Origin: an uncultured Eubacteriales bacterium
GTDB taxonomy: Bacteria; Bacillota; Clostridia; Oscillospirales; Oscillospiraceae
Assembly (NCBI GenBank): GCA_900553545.1
Contig: USDP01000001.1
Location: forward strand, 1 to 45,097
Reading direction: 5' to 3'
Length of the DNA stretch: 45,097 nucleotides
Both the position numbers and the translations under genes were made by a program. The notes under the pieces were generated by a model. The model saw only the letters and a program-made list of their open reading frames with translations. It was not told the DNA's origin and ran no database searches. Shown here piece by piece: positions 36,201-45,097 of this stretch (positions are counted from its first letter, which is position 1; every line of letters begins with the position of its first letter).

Positions 36201-37963
36201 TTGATGTCGCCGGAGACGGCGGCTTCGTTCCGGCAGGCGGAGAGCTTGCCGAGCGTGATCTGGTCGACGTCGACTGCGGATGCGTCGGTGATGGTATTTT
36301 TCACGCCGGACTCCGCGTCGTTGACGGCGTCGAACAGCGTCGTGGAGATTTCATGGAACTTTTTGTTGATGGCCTTGATGTCGTTCGAGACGGTGCCGAC
36401 CGTGCCGGTGACGGCGTCGTTCAGAAGGTTGATCTGGCTCGAAACGCCGTTGACGGCGGAGGTGAAGCCGCCGAGATCGGGCGCGGCGACAAGCCCCGCC
36501 GCGGCGTCTGCCCGGCCCACGGCATCCAGGCCGCCGGAGGCCGTGCCGGAATGATCGACGTCGAGCTTGCCGGGATCGATGGTCACGGAGCCGGAGCCGG
36601 TCGTGATGTCGACGGTGACGCCGCCGTCATCCTTCGGCGTGACGTCGATGCTTCCGCCCTCGCCGGGCGTGACGGAGGCCGTGGTGTCGCCGGGCGTGGC
36701 GGTGGTGGTGGAGCTGGAGGATGCGCCGCCGGTGACATTGCCGGAGCCGGTGACGTTTGCCTTGCCGTCGACATTGACGCGGATGCTGCCCGCCTCTTCG
36801 ACGGCGGTGTCGACATAGCCGGAGAGCGTGTTCAGCCGGGAGGCGACGCCGCCCGCGCTGCCCTCCGCGTCGGATGCGGCCTTGTCGACGAGGTCGCTCA
36901 GCTCGTTCAGCTGGGTCTGGAGCTTTTTCGTGGTCTTGTCATTGAGCTGCATCTCGATGTACGGCTCGACCTGACCGGCCACGCCGCCGACGTCCTTGCG
37001 GCCATTGACCGCGCCGGTGTTGACGCAGTCGACAAGCTGGCCGCACGTGCGGCCCACGATGCCGCCGGTGTTGTAGCCGATGTGCGGATAACCGATGGTG
37101 GCGGTATTGCGTGCGGCGGAGATCGTCCCCGCGTTGTAGCCCGCGACGCCGCCGGTGTCGGTGGCGATGTTGGCGGTGGACAGCTCGGAGAGCTTCGTGA
37201 GGTCGAGAGAGAAGGTGAGGTCGAGATCGGAGAGGTCAATGCCCGGATCGACGCTCTCGATGTTGACGTAGGCCGCGTTTTCGCAGTCTTCGATCACGCC
37301 AAGGTTGCAGCCCACGAGTCCGCCGGTGCGGTTCTCACCGTCGACGGTGCCGCCCGTGCGGCAGCCGCGGAGCACGCCGCTGGCCTTGTTTTCGCCGACG
37401 AGTCCGCCGGTGGCCCAGCCGCCGGAGACCGTGCCGGTGAAGGAGCAGTTTTCAATCGTGCCGTAGTTCTCGCCGACGAGACCGCCGGTCGAGACGGGGT
37501 CGCCCGCCGGGGCGACGCTGCCCTCGATGTGCAGATTTTCCACGCGGCCCGTGGGCTGGAGCGTGCAGATCAGGCCCGCCGGGGAGAGCGCGTCCGTGAT
37601 GGCAAGGCCGCGGATCGTGTGGCCCTGACCGTCGAACGTGCCGCCGAACGTGGCGATGGGGGAGAAGGTCAGTCCTGTGAGGTCGAGATCGGCCTCAAGC
37701 ACGACGTGTTTCTCCCGTGACCAGGCGTCGAGCGTGCAGCTCGCCGCGAGGGCGATCAAATCGTCCTCGGTGGAAATGGAGATGATCTCCATCTCGGTCT
37801 CTTCGGCCTTCGGGGCGGTGGCTTCCGTGGTTTCGGCGGCTTCGGTGTCCGCTGCTTCGTCCTCCGCCGCGCCGAGGACGGGCAGGATCGTAAAGCTCAC
37901 GAGCGTGAGCGCCGCGAGCAGCGCCGCAAGCAGGCGGCGGAGCGGGTTATTTTGTTTCATCAT
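33287..37963 (-). CDS. ~1558-aa secreted/membrane protein with GLUG repeats, two internal TM helices and a duplicated C-terminal domain
   Basis: GGAGG RBS, signal peptide, FGGTFDGQGHTI, multiple GGLVGEN / GGVAG repeats, TMs WWIWAAIPLLL.. and WWIIPIAVIVI.. Confidence 0.85.
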   Translation of the reverse strand: MMKQNNPLRRLLAALLAALTLVSFTILPVLGAAEDEAADTEAAETTEATAPKAEETEMEIISISTEDDLIALAASCTLDAWSREKHVVLEADLDLTGLTFSPIATFGGTFDGQGHTIRGLAITDALSPAGLICTLQPTGRVENLHIEGSVAPAGDPVSTGGLVGENYGTIENCSFTGTVSGGWATGGLVGENKASGVLRGCRTGGTVDGENRTGGLVGCNLGVIEDCENAAYVNIESVDPGIDLSDLDLTFSLDLTKLSELSTANIATDTGGVAGYNAGTISAARNTATIGYPHIGYNTGGIVGRTCGQLVDCVNTGAVNGRKDVGGVAGQVEPYIEMQLNDKTTKKLQTQLNELSDLVDKAASDAEGSAGGVASRLNTLSGYVDTAVEEAGSIRVNVDGKANVTGSGNVTGGASSSSTTTATPGDTTASVTPGEGGSIDVTPKDDGGVTVDITTGSGSVTIDPGKLDVDHSGTASGGLDAVGRADAAAGLVAAPDLGGFTSAVNGVSSQINLLNDAVTGTVGTVSNDIKAINKKFHEISTTLFDAVNDAESGVKNTITDASAVDVDQITLGKLSACRNEAAVSGDINTGGVAGSMALEYALDPEDDVSSDLDGSYKRQYTYRAVLQHCVNTGAITGKRSYVGGICGRMDLGLITACENYGPVESTSGSYVGGVTGLTGASVRESYAKCTLSGKSHVGGITGSGVAEALDGSGSTVAACVSLVDITGCGQYSGAISGAPDGTFTGNRFVSAALAGLDHQSIASSAEPVDFQTLLEEDILPEDMRTFTLKFVASGKTLKQLRFSYGDSFDESVFPAIPEQDGSYAAWDRTELNDLCFDTTVTAVYTSYVPGLASDAVREDGRAVLLAEGSYREGDSISASSEALTPSVFHVRTGNAANRIQAYFESVEAGKLPPMTANWDLIEQWSISVSSETPAPHRIRYLAPEGKTSRLRIYVEQGGVWQSVPFETVGSYAVFSIPAASARIAAVSTMPVWWIWAAIPLLLALIIFLMIHFIRKAVRKSKQKRAALSAPQNAPLVPAGVSAVAAGSDPQPPAVVPADQNAELLARAKSAEEKLAELEAELAALKAQQIPQEPQKTAETPNDPAEPAEDAHPKAEAAGTAAKPNRRFRWWIIPIAVIVIAAILAAVSFFGSSKLKTGLNAYELLKNYANQDVLVMQADAALTTNGDTSETSVDILRTSADGQSITRLTRDGLSLYLANDTLYLADGSACALGANGLIDYGALLDASVSLYGSAELETSKNGDETVYSAAISGEDAQKLAAILLPSMADEAGALREVSMSLAEQDRTLENLVFEIVLSDEANTALSLTLTPRHGAAEDAEIPEAVLSAMQSGENTANITLTDDVFRLLRAWQATFGGDAVSADLRLKADCGPVVLDTTLGLGRQRIDGMTVTGIQKGPVTLYVSDGKILDSSGNAVDLGTNSWAKSANLLDAAAQLLFSATASHTEKPGGQEVYTIALDADGMAAAANAIAPDIESLDIDFTEGNLEIVLNGNDLSSITISCGGTLRLLLTDTDVSFRAVITPAGREFAVTQQVLSALQ

Positions 37964-40403
37964 CGTCCGCCTCCTCATCATTTGCTGAACCGGATACCAG
38001 ATTGAGATCGATGTCGCCCTCGACGACGGCGTGTACCGCGCCGCGGATCGTGCCGTTGATGCGGCCGGACACCATGCCGTTGACATAGGTGCGGCCATTG
38101 GCGGTTTTATGTCCGCCGACCGCGACGGACGGCACGGAGAAGGACGTCTTGTCGACGATGCCGCTGCCGATGAGCAGGATCTGCGGCAGGACGAACATGA
38201 CGAGGAACATCGAGATGACTGTGCCCCGCCCGAGGCTCTCGCCGATGCCGGCGATGACCGGCTCGGACGTCATGCTGCCGATCAAAAAGCCGCAGATGGA
38301 GAGGATGGAGCCGGAGGTCAGGATCGTCGGGAAGGCAAAGTTCAGCGTCTCGACGATGGCGTCGCGGTGGTGCATCTTGCCCTTCAGCTCCTGATAGCGC
38401 GTGGCGATGACGATGGCATAGTCGATGTTCGCGCCCATCTGGATGGAGCTGACGATCAGATAGCCGAGGAAGAACAGGTATTTGCCCGTGATCGTCGGGA
38501 TGGAGAAGTTGATCCAGATACTGCCCTGAATGACGAGGATCAGCAGCAGCGGCATGCCCGCGGATTTGAACGTGAACAGCAGGACGACGAGCACGATGAG
38601 CACCGAGACGATGCTGACGACCGTGTTGTCGACGGCGAAGGACTTTTCAAAGTCGTATTCGTTCGTGCTGTTGCCCGCGATGTAGACCGGACCGTCTGGA
38701 TAATATTTCTCAGCGATCTCGTGCATGAGGTCGGTGAACTGATACGTCTCGTCGCCGCTGACGGGCAGGTTCAGATAGACGAGCATCCGGCTGAAGTCCT
38801 CACTCTGGAGCTGGTTCTTCGCGCTGGTCATCTGCACCTTTGCGTCGTTCAGCGTTGCGGTCTGCTCGTCCGAGAGCGTGACGAGGCCGGAATCGATCTG
38901 ATCGCAGGCGTAGAGCAGAATGTCGATGAGCGGGACTTGATAATTGGAGAGGTTCCCGGCCAGCTGGCCATAATTCTCCTGATTGGCGGCATAGGCCGCG
39001 TAGACCACCTCGGCCACCTCATAGTCCAGCCCGGCCAGCTCTGCGAACTGCCGCGGCGTGAGCTTGTCGGCGAGCATATAGCCGTCCATGGCCTCAATGT
39101 TCGTCAGGCCCATCGAGGAATCCACCTCGTCATAAGTGGAAAGCTCTTCGAGGATGGCGCGTTCCTTGTCATAATCCCCGGCGGGCACGACGAGGGCGAC
39201 CATGTTCGTGGAGGGGAAGGTGTCCTCGATCATGTTCTCCGCGATCTGCGTCTCGTTGAGCTTCGGCGTGGTGAGCAGGCTGTAACCGTAGGCATACGGG
39301 CAGTCCGACGAGAGCTTGAAGCCGAACACGACGAAGATCAGGAAGATGGCGGGCACAAAGAAGCGCGTTGCATAGTCGTATTTGCCGATGAAGGAGACCT
39401 TCGGGACGAAGCTGCGGTGCGCGGTGCGGTCGATGAGCGGGCCGAAGAGCATCAGCAGCCCCGGCATCACGAGGAACGCCGACAGCAGCGCGAAGGCGAT
39501 GGACTTAATGAGGCAGATGGCCATGTCCGGGCCGAGCTTGAACTGCATGAACAGCATCGCAACCATGCCGCCGACCGTGGTGAGGCAGCTCGCGCCGATC
39601 TCCGGGATGGACTTGCTGAGCGCGGCGATGACCGCCTCGCGGATGGGGAAGAGGCGGTGCTCTTCCTTGAAGTGGTTGCAGAAGATGATCGCGTAGTCGA
39701 TGGAGAGGGCAAGCTGTAAGATGCTCGTGACGGAGTTGGACACGAAGGAGATCTTGCCGAGCAGATAGTTCGTGCCCTGATTGACGACGAGCGCGACCAC
39801 GAACGTCAAAATCAGAACGGGGACTTCGCCATATGTCTCGGACGTGAGCAGCAGCACCACGACGATGACGACGGCAACATAGATCATGATGATGTTGATC
39901 TCATGGTCGATCGTCTCTTCCTGCGTGTTGCCGAGGTCGGTGGAGACGTAGACGTCATAGGACGCAAGCGCCTCCTTCACGGCGTCGAGGCTCGTAAGGC
40001 AGGCGTCGTCGTCCTCGGAATAGTCGAAGGTGACGGAATAGAGGGCGGAGAGGTTTTTATAATGATCCTCTGTCTCGTCATAGTCGACCATCTGGACGCC
40101 GCGGATGGACTTGATCGTGTCGTTCAGCGCGTTGGCTTCGTCCAGCGTGATGTTTGCGACCATGATCTTCGCCGTGCCGTAGGTGATGAACTGTTCGTCC
40201 ATGACGTTCAGCGCCTGCTTTGTTTCGGAATCCTCCGGCAGGTAGTAGGTGAGGTCGCTCTCGACCTCGACCCAGTTGCGCGAGAAGGCCGAGAAGATCA
40301 GCAGGATGATGGTGATGAGGAAGATGAGGCTGCGTTTGTCAACGATGAAGGCCGACACCTTCTCCATAAAGGAAGCGCCGGAGCCTTCGGCAGTCTGATT
40401 CAT
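37947..40403 (-). CDS. MMPL/RND-family transporter
   Basis: Two repeats with LQLALSIDYAI and QMGANIDYAI; about 12 TM segments. Confidence 0.92.
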   Translation of the reverse strand: MNQTAEGSGASFMEKVSAFIVDKRSLIFLITIILLIFSAFSRNWVEVESDLTYYLPEDSETKQALNVMDEQFITYGTAKIMVANITLDEANALNDTIKSIRGVQMVDYDETEDHYKNLSALYSVTFDYSEDDDACLTSLDAVKEALASYDVYVSTDLGNTQEETIDHEINIIMIYVAVVIVVVLLLTSETYGEVPVLILTFVVALVVNQGTNYLLGKISFVSNSVTSILQLALSIDYAIIFCNHFKEEHRLFPIREAVIAALSKSIPEIGASCLTTVGGMVAMLFMQFKLGPDMAICLIKSIAFALLSAFLVMPGLLMLFGPLIDRTAHRSFVPKVSFIGKYDYATRFFVPAIFLIFVVFGFKLSSDCPYAYGYSLLTTPKLNETQIAENMIEDTFPSTNMVALVVPAGDYDKERAILEELSTYDEVDSSMGLTNIEAMDGYMLADKLTPRQFAELAGLDYEVAEVVYAAYAANQENYGQLAGNLSNYQVPLIDILLYACDQIDSGLVTLSDEQTATLNDAKVQMTSAKNQLQSEDFSRMLVYLNLPVSGDETYQFTDLMHEIAEKYYPDGPVYIAGNSTNEYDFEKSFAVDNTVVSIVSVLIVLVVLLFTFKSAGMPLLLILVIQGSIWINFSIPTITGKYLFFLGYLIVSSIQMGANIDYAIVIATRYQELKGKMHHRDAIVETLNFAFPTILTSGSILSICGFLIGSMTSEPVIAGIGESLGRGTVISMFLVMFVLPQILLIGSGIVDKTSFSVPSVAVGGHKTANGRTYVNGMVSGRINGTIRGAVHAVVEGDIDLNLVSGSANDEEADDDETK

Positions 40404-40441
40404 AGGAAGATCCTCCTTTCAAGGCTGGGTTGTGCGTGGGG

Positions 40442-41029
40442 TCAGTCGTCGACCAGTTCATAATCCTCGCCGTCGTCTCCGGGACGGGCGGCGCGGATCA
40501 CGCGGACGGCGGCGAGAATGGTGCTGATGTTCATCACGCCGTCGACCATCAGCGAGATGCCGAGCAGCTGCGTGAGAACCTGCGTGCCCTCGCTGGGATG
40601 GAACAGCAGGACGACGCCGAGAATGGCCGTCGCGATGGCGGAGACGAGGATGAGCCACCACGCGCGGATGCCGAACGGCCGCGCATCGAGCGCGATGCGC
40701 ACACGGGTCAGCCCGTCGGCCAGCAGCATCAGTCCGAACACAATGCCAAAGAAGGCCATCGTGTGCGCCGGACGGAGAAGCAGCAGCAGACCCAGCGCCA
40801 GATAGAGGATGCCGAAGACGAGATCAGACTCGAAGACGAGCTGGTAGGGGTCTTTGGAGAAGAAGCCCGCGAGCTTGACTGCGCCGAACACCAGAAACAG
40901 GATGCCGAGCAGCACAGCAAGAATGGGGTAGAAGGTGTCGGAAAAGAACGCCAGCCCCACGCCAGCCAGGATCAGCAGCGCGGAGAGGAGGAGATAGCCG
41001 GTTTTTGCGATTTTCAACAGAGAACGCAT
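40442..41029 (-). CDS. DUF308/HdeD-family membrane protein
   Basis: Six hydrophobic segments with LG..LL..P repeats. Confidence 0.8.
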   Translation of the reverse strand: MRSLLKIAKTGYLLLSALLILAGVGLAFFSDTFYPILAVLLGILFLVFGAVKLAGFFSKDPYQLVFESDLVFGILYLALGLLLLLRPAHTMAFFGIVFGLMLLADGLTRVRIALDARPFGIRAWWLILVSAIATAILGVVLLFHPSEGTQVLTQLLGISLMVDGVMNISTILAAVRVIRAARPGDDGEDYELVDD

Positions 41030-41194
41030 AGAAATTGCCTCCAGTCAGATCGGATTATCATTGTGGCAACAGTATAGCACAAAGGGCGGAAAAGGAGAAG
41101 TGGTCAAATGCCGAAAATTGTGGCGCGTCCGGCCGCTTTTCCTTTGCGCTTTTACGGGAAATATGCTAAACTGAGGGAGAAATGAGGTGAGCGC

Positions 41195-41755
41195 ATGGCG
41201 GGTTCGACGCAGCGGGTCATCCGGAAGACGTTTATGGAGCTTCTGGAGGAGCGGCCCCTGAATGAGATCACGGTAAAGCTGATCGTGGAGCGGTGCGGCA
41301 TCAACCGGAAAACGTTCTATAACCACTATCGCGACATCCCCGATCTGATGGAGAAGATCCTGACCGACGAGGTGGACGCGATCATGGCGCGGTATACGCA
41401 GGTGGATTCCATCGAAGAGTGTTTGGGCCACGCGATCGAGTTTGCCTTGCAGCATAAGCGCGCCGCCCTGCACATCTACCGCTCGGTCGGGCGGGACGTC
41501 TACGTGGAGAGCACGCTGAAGCTCTGCGACTATCTGGTGCGGACGTATCTGGCGAAGGTCGACGGCGCGGCGGAGATGGACGCGGAGGATTATGAAATTC
41601 TCGTGCGGCTGTATCGTGGGCAGCTGTTCGGCCTGATTACGGAGTGGATGATGCAGGGGATGCAGAGTGATATTTTGCAGAATTTTCACCGCGCCTGCGC
41701 GCTGCGCAGCGGCATGACGGAAGAGCTGATCCGCCGCGCCAATCTCCGCCCCTAG
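41195..41755 (+). CDS. TetR/AcrR-family regulator
   Basis: ITVKLIVERCGINRKTFYNHY; divergent from the MMPL operon. Confidence 0.92.
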   Translation: MAGSTQRVIRKTFMELLEERPLNEITVKLIVERCGINRKTFYNHYRDIPDLMEKILTDEVDAIMARYTQVDSIEECLGHAIEFALQHKRAALHIYRSVGRDVYVESTLKLCDYLVRTYLAKVDGAAEMDAEDYEILVRLYRGQLFGLITEWMMQGMQSDILQNFHRACALRSGMTEELIRRANLRP

Positions 41756-41795
41756 CCCGGCCGCCGAGGACGCCGCAGGAAGCAAGCGCTGATAG

Positions 41796-41830
41796 AAAAA
41801 TCCCGAACAACTGACGTTGTCCGGGATTTT
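41796..41830. terminator. Bidirectional terminator
   Basis: AAAATCCCG..CAAC-TGAC-GTTG..CGGGATTTT between convergent tetR and rpsI. Confidence 0.75.
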
Positions 41831-41858
41831 GTATGCAGGTTGAGATCTGAAAGAATGA

Positions 41859-42263
41859 TCAGCGCTTGCTGAACTGCGGCGCGCGGCGAGCTGCCTTCAA
41901 GCCGTACTTCTTTCTTTCCTTCATTCTCGGGTCGCGGGTCAGGAAGCCGGCGGCTTTCAGCGCGGCGCGGAACTCGGGGTTGACGCCCAGCAGAGCGCGG
42001 GAAACGCCGTGACGGATGGCGCCAGCCTGGCCGGTGACGCCGCCGCCTTCGACGGTGCAGACGAGGTCGACCTTGCCGAGCATGTCGGTGGTGGCCAGCG
42101 GCTGACGGACGACCATCTTCAGCGTGTCGAGGCCGAAGTAATCGTCGATGTCACGACCGTTGATGGTGATGGAGCCGGTGCCGCCCTGATACAGGCGAAC
42201 GCGGGCGATGGAGGATTTGCGACGGCCGGTGCCGTACTGATACTGTCTCTTGCTCTCGTACAT
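41859..42263 (-). CDS. rpsI: 30S ribosomal protein S9
   Basis: [12 protein letters not shown]...[19 protein letters not shown]. Confidence 0.99.
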   Translation of the reverse strand: MYESKRQYQYGTGRRKSSIARVRLYQGGTGSITINGRDIDDYFGLDTLKMVVRQPLATTDMLGKVDLVCTVEGGGVTGQAGAIRHGVSRALLGVNPEFRAALKAAGFLTRDPRMKERKKYGLKAARRAPQFSKR

Positions 42264-42280
42264 AGTCTCTTACCTCCTGA

Positions 42281-42709
42281 TTAGTCCAGCGTCCAGGCTT
42301 CGGGCTTCTGCGCGGCGTTCTTGTGCTCGGCGCCCTTGTAGATCTTGCAGCGGGTCAGCGCGGCGCGGCCGAGGGTGTTCTTCGGGAGCATGCCCTTGAC
42401 GGCCAGCTCCATCGCGAACTCGGGGCGCTGCTCCATGAGCGTGCGATACTTGACGTCCTTCAGGTTGCCGATCCAGCCGGTGTGATGATAGTAGTGCTTC
42501 TGATCGAGCTTCTTGCCGGTGAGGACAGCCTTGTCGGCGTTGACGATGATGACGAAATCACCGCAGTCCACGTTCGGGGTGAAGTCAACCTTGTGCTTGC
42601 CGCGAAGGAGCTTCGCAGCGGTCGCAGCGACGCGGCCCATGGGCTTGCCGGCTGCATCGAGAACGTACCATTTTCTCTGGACGGCCTCTTTCTTCAGCAT
42701 AGTGGTCAT
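42281..42709 (-). CDS. rplM: 50S ribosomal protein L13
   Basis: [31 protein letters not shown]; start MTTML behind GGAGG. Confidence 0.99.
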   Translation of the reverse strand: MTTMLKKEAVQRKWYVLDAAGKPMGRVAATAAKLLRGKHKVDFTPNVDCGDFVIIVNADKAVLTGKKLDQKHYYHHTGWIGNLKDVKYRTLMEQRPEFAMELAVKGMLPKNTLGRAALTRCKIYKGAEHKNAAQKPEAWTLD

Positions 42710-42729
42710 GATTGTTTCCTCCATAAAAT

Positions 42730-42805
42730 GATGGAAAGCGAACTTTCCAAGCAAATATTTGACAAAGTCGCCGCGCGCGGGTACAATAGACCTCGCAAAC
42801 GCGCT
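42730..42805 (-). ncRNA. Possible L13 ribosomal leader
   Basis: 5' UTR of rplM containing CTATTGTACCC...CGG..ACTTT, reminiscent of Firmicutes L13 leaders (recalled, not searched). Confidence 0.35.
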
Positions 42806-42810
42806 TCCTC

Positions 42811-42839
42811 TTTATATCACACAAAAAAAGTTCTGTCAA
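42811..42839 (-). promoter_or_regulatory. Sigma-A promoter of rplM-rpsI
   Basis: TTGACA-N17-TATAAA with extended TG. Confidence 0.8.
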
Positions 42840-42953
42840 CAACTTTTTGATGTTTTTTCATCCGAAGCGGGAAGAACTCTTGAATTCTTCAAAAAGCTCT
42901 GAAATACGCGAGAATACTCACAACGGAAATTCACTTTTTCAGGAGGCAAAACC

Positions 42954-43685
42954 ATGCAGAAAATGATGGGCCTGGTGCGGCGCTGCATCGAGGATTACAA
43001 CATGATCGAGGCGGGCGACTGCGTGGCCATCGGCGTCTCGGGCGGGAAGGATTCGCTGACGCTGCTGGTGGTGCTGGCGGCGCTGCGGGAATACTATCCC
43101 ATAAAATTCGATCTTGCCGCCCTGTCGGTCGACATGGGCCTCGGCGGCATGGACTTTTCACCCGTGGCGGAGCTGTGCGCGCGGCTGAACGTGCCCTATC
43201 TTGTAAAGAAGACGGAGATCGGCCCGATCATTTTCGACTATCGCAAGGAGAAGAACCCCTGCTCCATGTGCGCAAAGATGCGCCGCGGCGCGCTGAACGA
43301 CCTGATGCGCGAGCAGGGCTACAATAAAATTGCCCTGGGCCACCACTATGACGACGCTGTCGAGACGTTTCTCATGAGCCTGCTCTACGAGGGCCGCATC
43401 TCCTGCTTTGAGCCGGTCACGTATCTCAGCCGCACCGGCATCACGCAGATCCGCCCGATGCTCTACGTCGGCGAACAGGCCGTAACGCGCTTTGCCGCGC
43501 GGGAACAGCTCCCCGTCGTCCACAACACCTGTCCCGCCGACAAGCACACCAAGCGGCAGGAGGTGAAGGAGCTGATCGCCGCGCTGCAGGCCCAGTATCC
43601 CGACCTGAAAACGAAGATCTTTGGCGCGATGCAGCGCCTGCCGCTGCCGCAGTGGGGCATTTTGGACGAGAAAAAGCCCGAATGA
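42954..43685 (+). CDS. TtcA-family tRNA 2-thiocytidine synthetase-like PP-loop ATPase
   Basis: SGGKDS, PCSMCAKMRRG, ALGHHYDD, IRPM. Confidence 0.88.
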   Translation: MQKMMGLVRRCIEDYNMIEAGDCVAIGVSGGKDSLTLLVVLAALREYYPIKFDLAALSVDMGLGGMDFSPVAELCARLNVPYLVKKTEIGPIIFDYRKEKNPCSMCAKMRRGALNDLMREQGYNKIALGHHYDDAVETFLMSLLYEGRISCFEPVTYLSRTGITQIRPMLYVGEQAVTRFAAREQLPVVHNTCPADKHTKRQEVKELIAALQAQYPDLKTKIFGAMQRLPLPQWGILDEKKPE

Positions 43686-43688
43686 CCC

Positions 43689-43717
43689 TTGACAAATTGT
43701 GAACGAGTGGGTAAACT
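43689..43717 (+). promoter_or_regulatory. Sigma-A promoter of the ileS leader
   Basis: TTGACA-N17-TAAACT. Confidence 0.75.
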
Positions 43718-43742
43718 ACTCTTGTATGAATTGAAGATCGCT

Positions 43743-43976
43743 GCGTTGAAAAGGACAAGTACGGTCTGTCCTCCTGCGTCAGAGAGCTGCCGGTCGGTGC
43801 GAGGCAGCGGCAGCCAGACCCGAATATCCCCTTGGAGCAGCCCGCCGAACGCCGCAAGGCCAGTAAGCCGGGCCGGGTTCTCCCGTTACAGAGGCAGAGT
43901 GTCCGCCGCAAGGCGGGAATTCAGGTGGTACCGCGGTTTTTTGATCGCCCTGAGCTATGCTCGGGGCGATTTTGTT
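43743..43976 (+). ncRNA. T-box riboswitch with Ile specifier
   Basis: AGTA, CAGAGAG, GGTG; specifier ATC at 43826-43828; AATTCAGGTGGTACCGCG; terminator ATCGCCCTGAGC / GCTCGGGGCGAT. Confidence 0.92.
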
Positions 43977-44012
43977 ATACTATATAAATATGTGTTCAAA
44001 GGAGAATTTGAC

Positions 44013-45097
44013 ATGGAATACAAAAAGACGCTCAACATGAGCAAATCCGGCTTCCCGATGCGCGGCGGCCTGCCGATGCGCGAGCCGGATATGCTCCAGC
44101 AGTGGTACGACATGGACCTCTACCACGAGCTGCTCAAGAAAAACGACGGCAAACCCCGCTTCTCCCTGCACGACGGCCCTCCGTTCTCGAACGGCGCGCT
44201 CCACATGGGCCACGCGCTCAACAAGTGCATCAAGGACTTCATGATCCGCTCCGCGGCAATGCGCGGCTATTATACGCCCTACATCCCCGGCTGGGACAAC
44301 CACGGCATGCCGATCGAGTCCGCCATCATCAAGCAGAACAAGCTGAACCGCAAGCAGATGTCCGTCGCGGCCTTCCGCTCCGCCTGCCACGATTTTGCCC
44401 AGCATTATATCGATGTGCAGATGGAGGGCTTCAAGCGCCTCGGCGTCCTTGGCGATTGGGAGCATCCGTACAAGACCATGAACCCCGGCTTCGAGGCCGA
44501 AGAGGTCAAGGTCTTCGGCGCGATGTACAAGAAGGGCTATATCTATAAGGGCCTGAAGCCCGTCTACTGGTGCTACCACGACGAGACCGCCCTGGCCGAG
44601 GCCGAGATCGAATATCAGGACGACCCCTGCACCACCGTCTATGTCAAGTTCGCCATGCACGACGACCTCGGCAAGCTGAGCCATCTCGACAAGTCCAAGC
44701 TGAACTTCGTGATCTGGACGACCACGATTTGGACGCTCCCCGGCAACCTCGCCATCGCGCTGCACCCAAGCGAGAGCTATGCCGTCGTGAAGAACGAGGA
44801 CAACGGTGAGATGTATATCGTTGCCGAGGCCCTGGCCGAGAAGGTCATGCGCGTGGGCAATGTCGAGCATTACAGCATCGTCGAGACCCATCCGGGCAGC
44901 TTCTATGAGAACATGCTGGCCGATCATCCCTTCCTGCCGAAGACCAGCCGCCTTGTCCTGGCCGATTACGTCACGATGGATTCCGGTACCGGCTGCGTCC
45001 ACACCGCGCCCGGCTTCGGCGCTGACGATTATCAGACCTGCCGCCGTTACGGCATGGACATGGTCGTCCCCGTCAACGATCAGGGCCGCCATACCGA
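44013..45097 (+). CDS. ileS: Isoleucine--tRNA ligase (type 1), partial
   Basis: MEYKKTLNM..FPMRG, LHDGPP, HMGH, PGWDNHGMPIE, IWTTTIWTLPGN, GTGCVHTAP; runs off the right edge. Confidence 0.97.
   Translation, partial: MEYKKTLNMSKSGFPMRGGLPMREPDMLQQWYDMDLYHELLKKNDGKPRFSLHDGPPFSNGALHMGHALNKCIKDFMIRSAAMRGYYTPYIPGWDNHGMPIESAIIKQNKLNRKQMSVAAFRSACHDFAQHYIDVQMEGFKRLGVLGDWEHPYKTMNPGFEAEEVKVFGAMYKKGYIYKGLKPVYWCYHDETALAEAEIEYQDDPCTTVYVKFAMHDDLGKLSHLDKSKLNFVIWTTTIWTLPGNLAIALHPSESYAVVKNEDNGEMYIVAEALAEKVMRVGNVEHYSIVETHPGSFYENMLADHPFLPKTSRLVLADYVTMDSGTGCVHTAPGFGADDYQTCRRYGMDMVVPVNDQGRHT

Noticed and set aside
34631..37720. 1029-aa plus-strand ORF
   Set aside because: Antisense to the GLUG protein; codon-bias shadow
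43980..45092. 370-aa minus-strand ORF
   Set aside because: Antisense of ileS, which is missing from the ORF track only because it runs off the edge

Overview
GC-rich Firmicutes-type (Oscillospiraceae/Clostridia-like, inferred from gene content and style) chromosomal window. Left part (1-12.3 kb): two tRNA loci (Gly-Arg-His-Gln-Lys on minus; Met-Glu on plus) flank a housekeeping block (AraC, D,D-carboxypeptidase, HPr-like, mtaB). Each tRNA locus has an AT-richer island at its 3' end with the same layout: tRNA 3' end, a hairpin holding an IS3 end-like motif, a single-ORF IS3-type DDE transposase pointing at the tRNA, a divergently transcribed DUF2971 cargo gene, then a second related hairpin. 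This repeated layout is the best candidate for an undescribed system. Middle: a ~13 kb ROK-associated carbohydrate locus (PfkB kinase, ABC importer, two FAD oxidoreductases, two Zn polyol dehydrogenases, ketose 3-epimerase, DUF624), followed by pstSCAB-phoU-phoPR. Two copies of a hairpin-targeting MITE (IS1182-like ends) are present. Right: TetR / DUF308-MMPL-giant GLUG membrane protein-cytidylate-kinase-like operon, rplM-rpsI, a TtcA-like gene, and an Ile T-box followed by a partial ileS. Family assignments come from motif recognition only; no searches were run.
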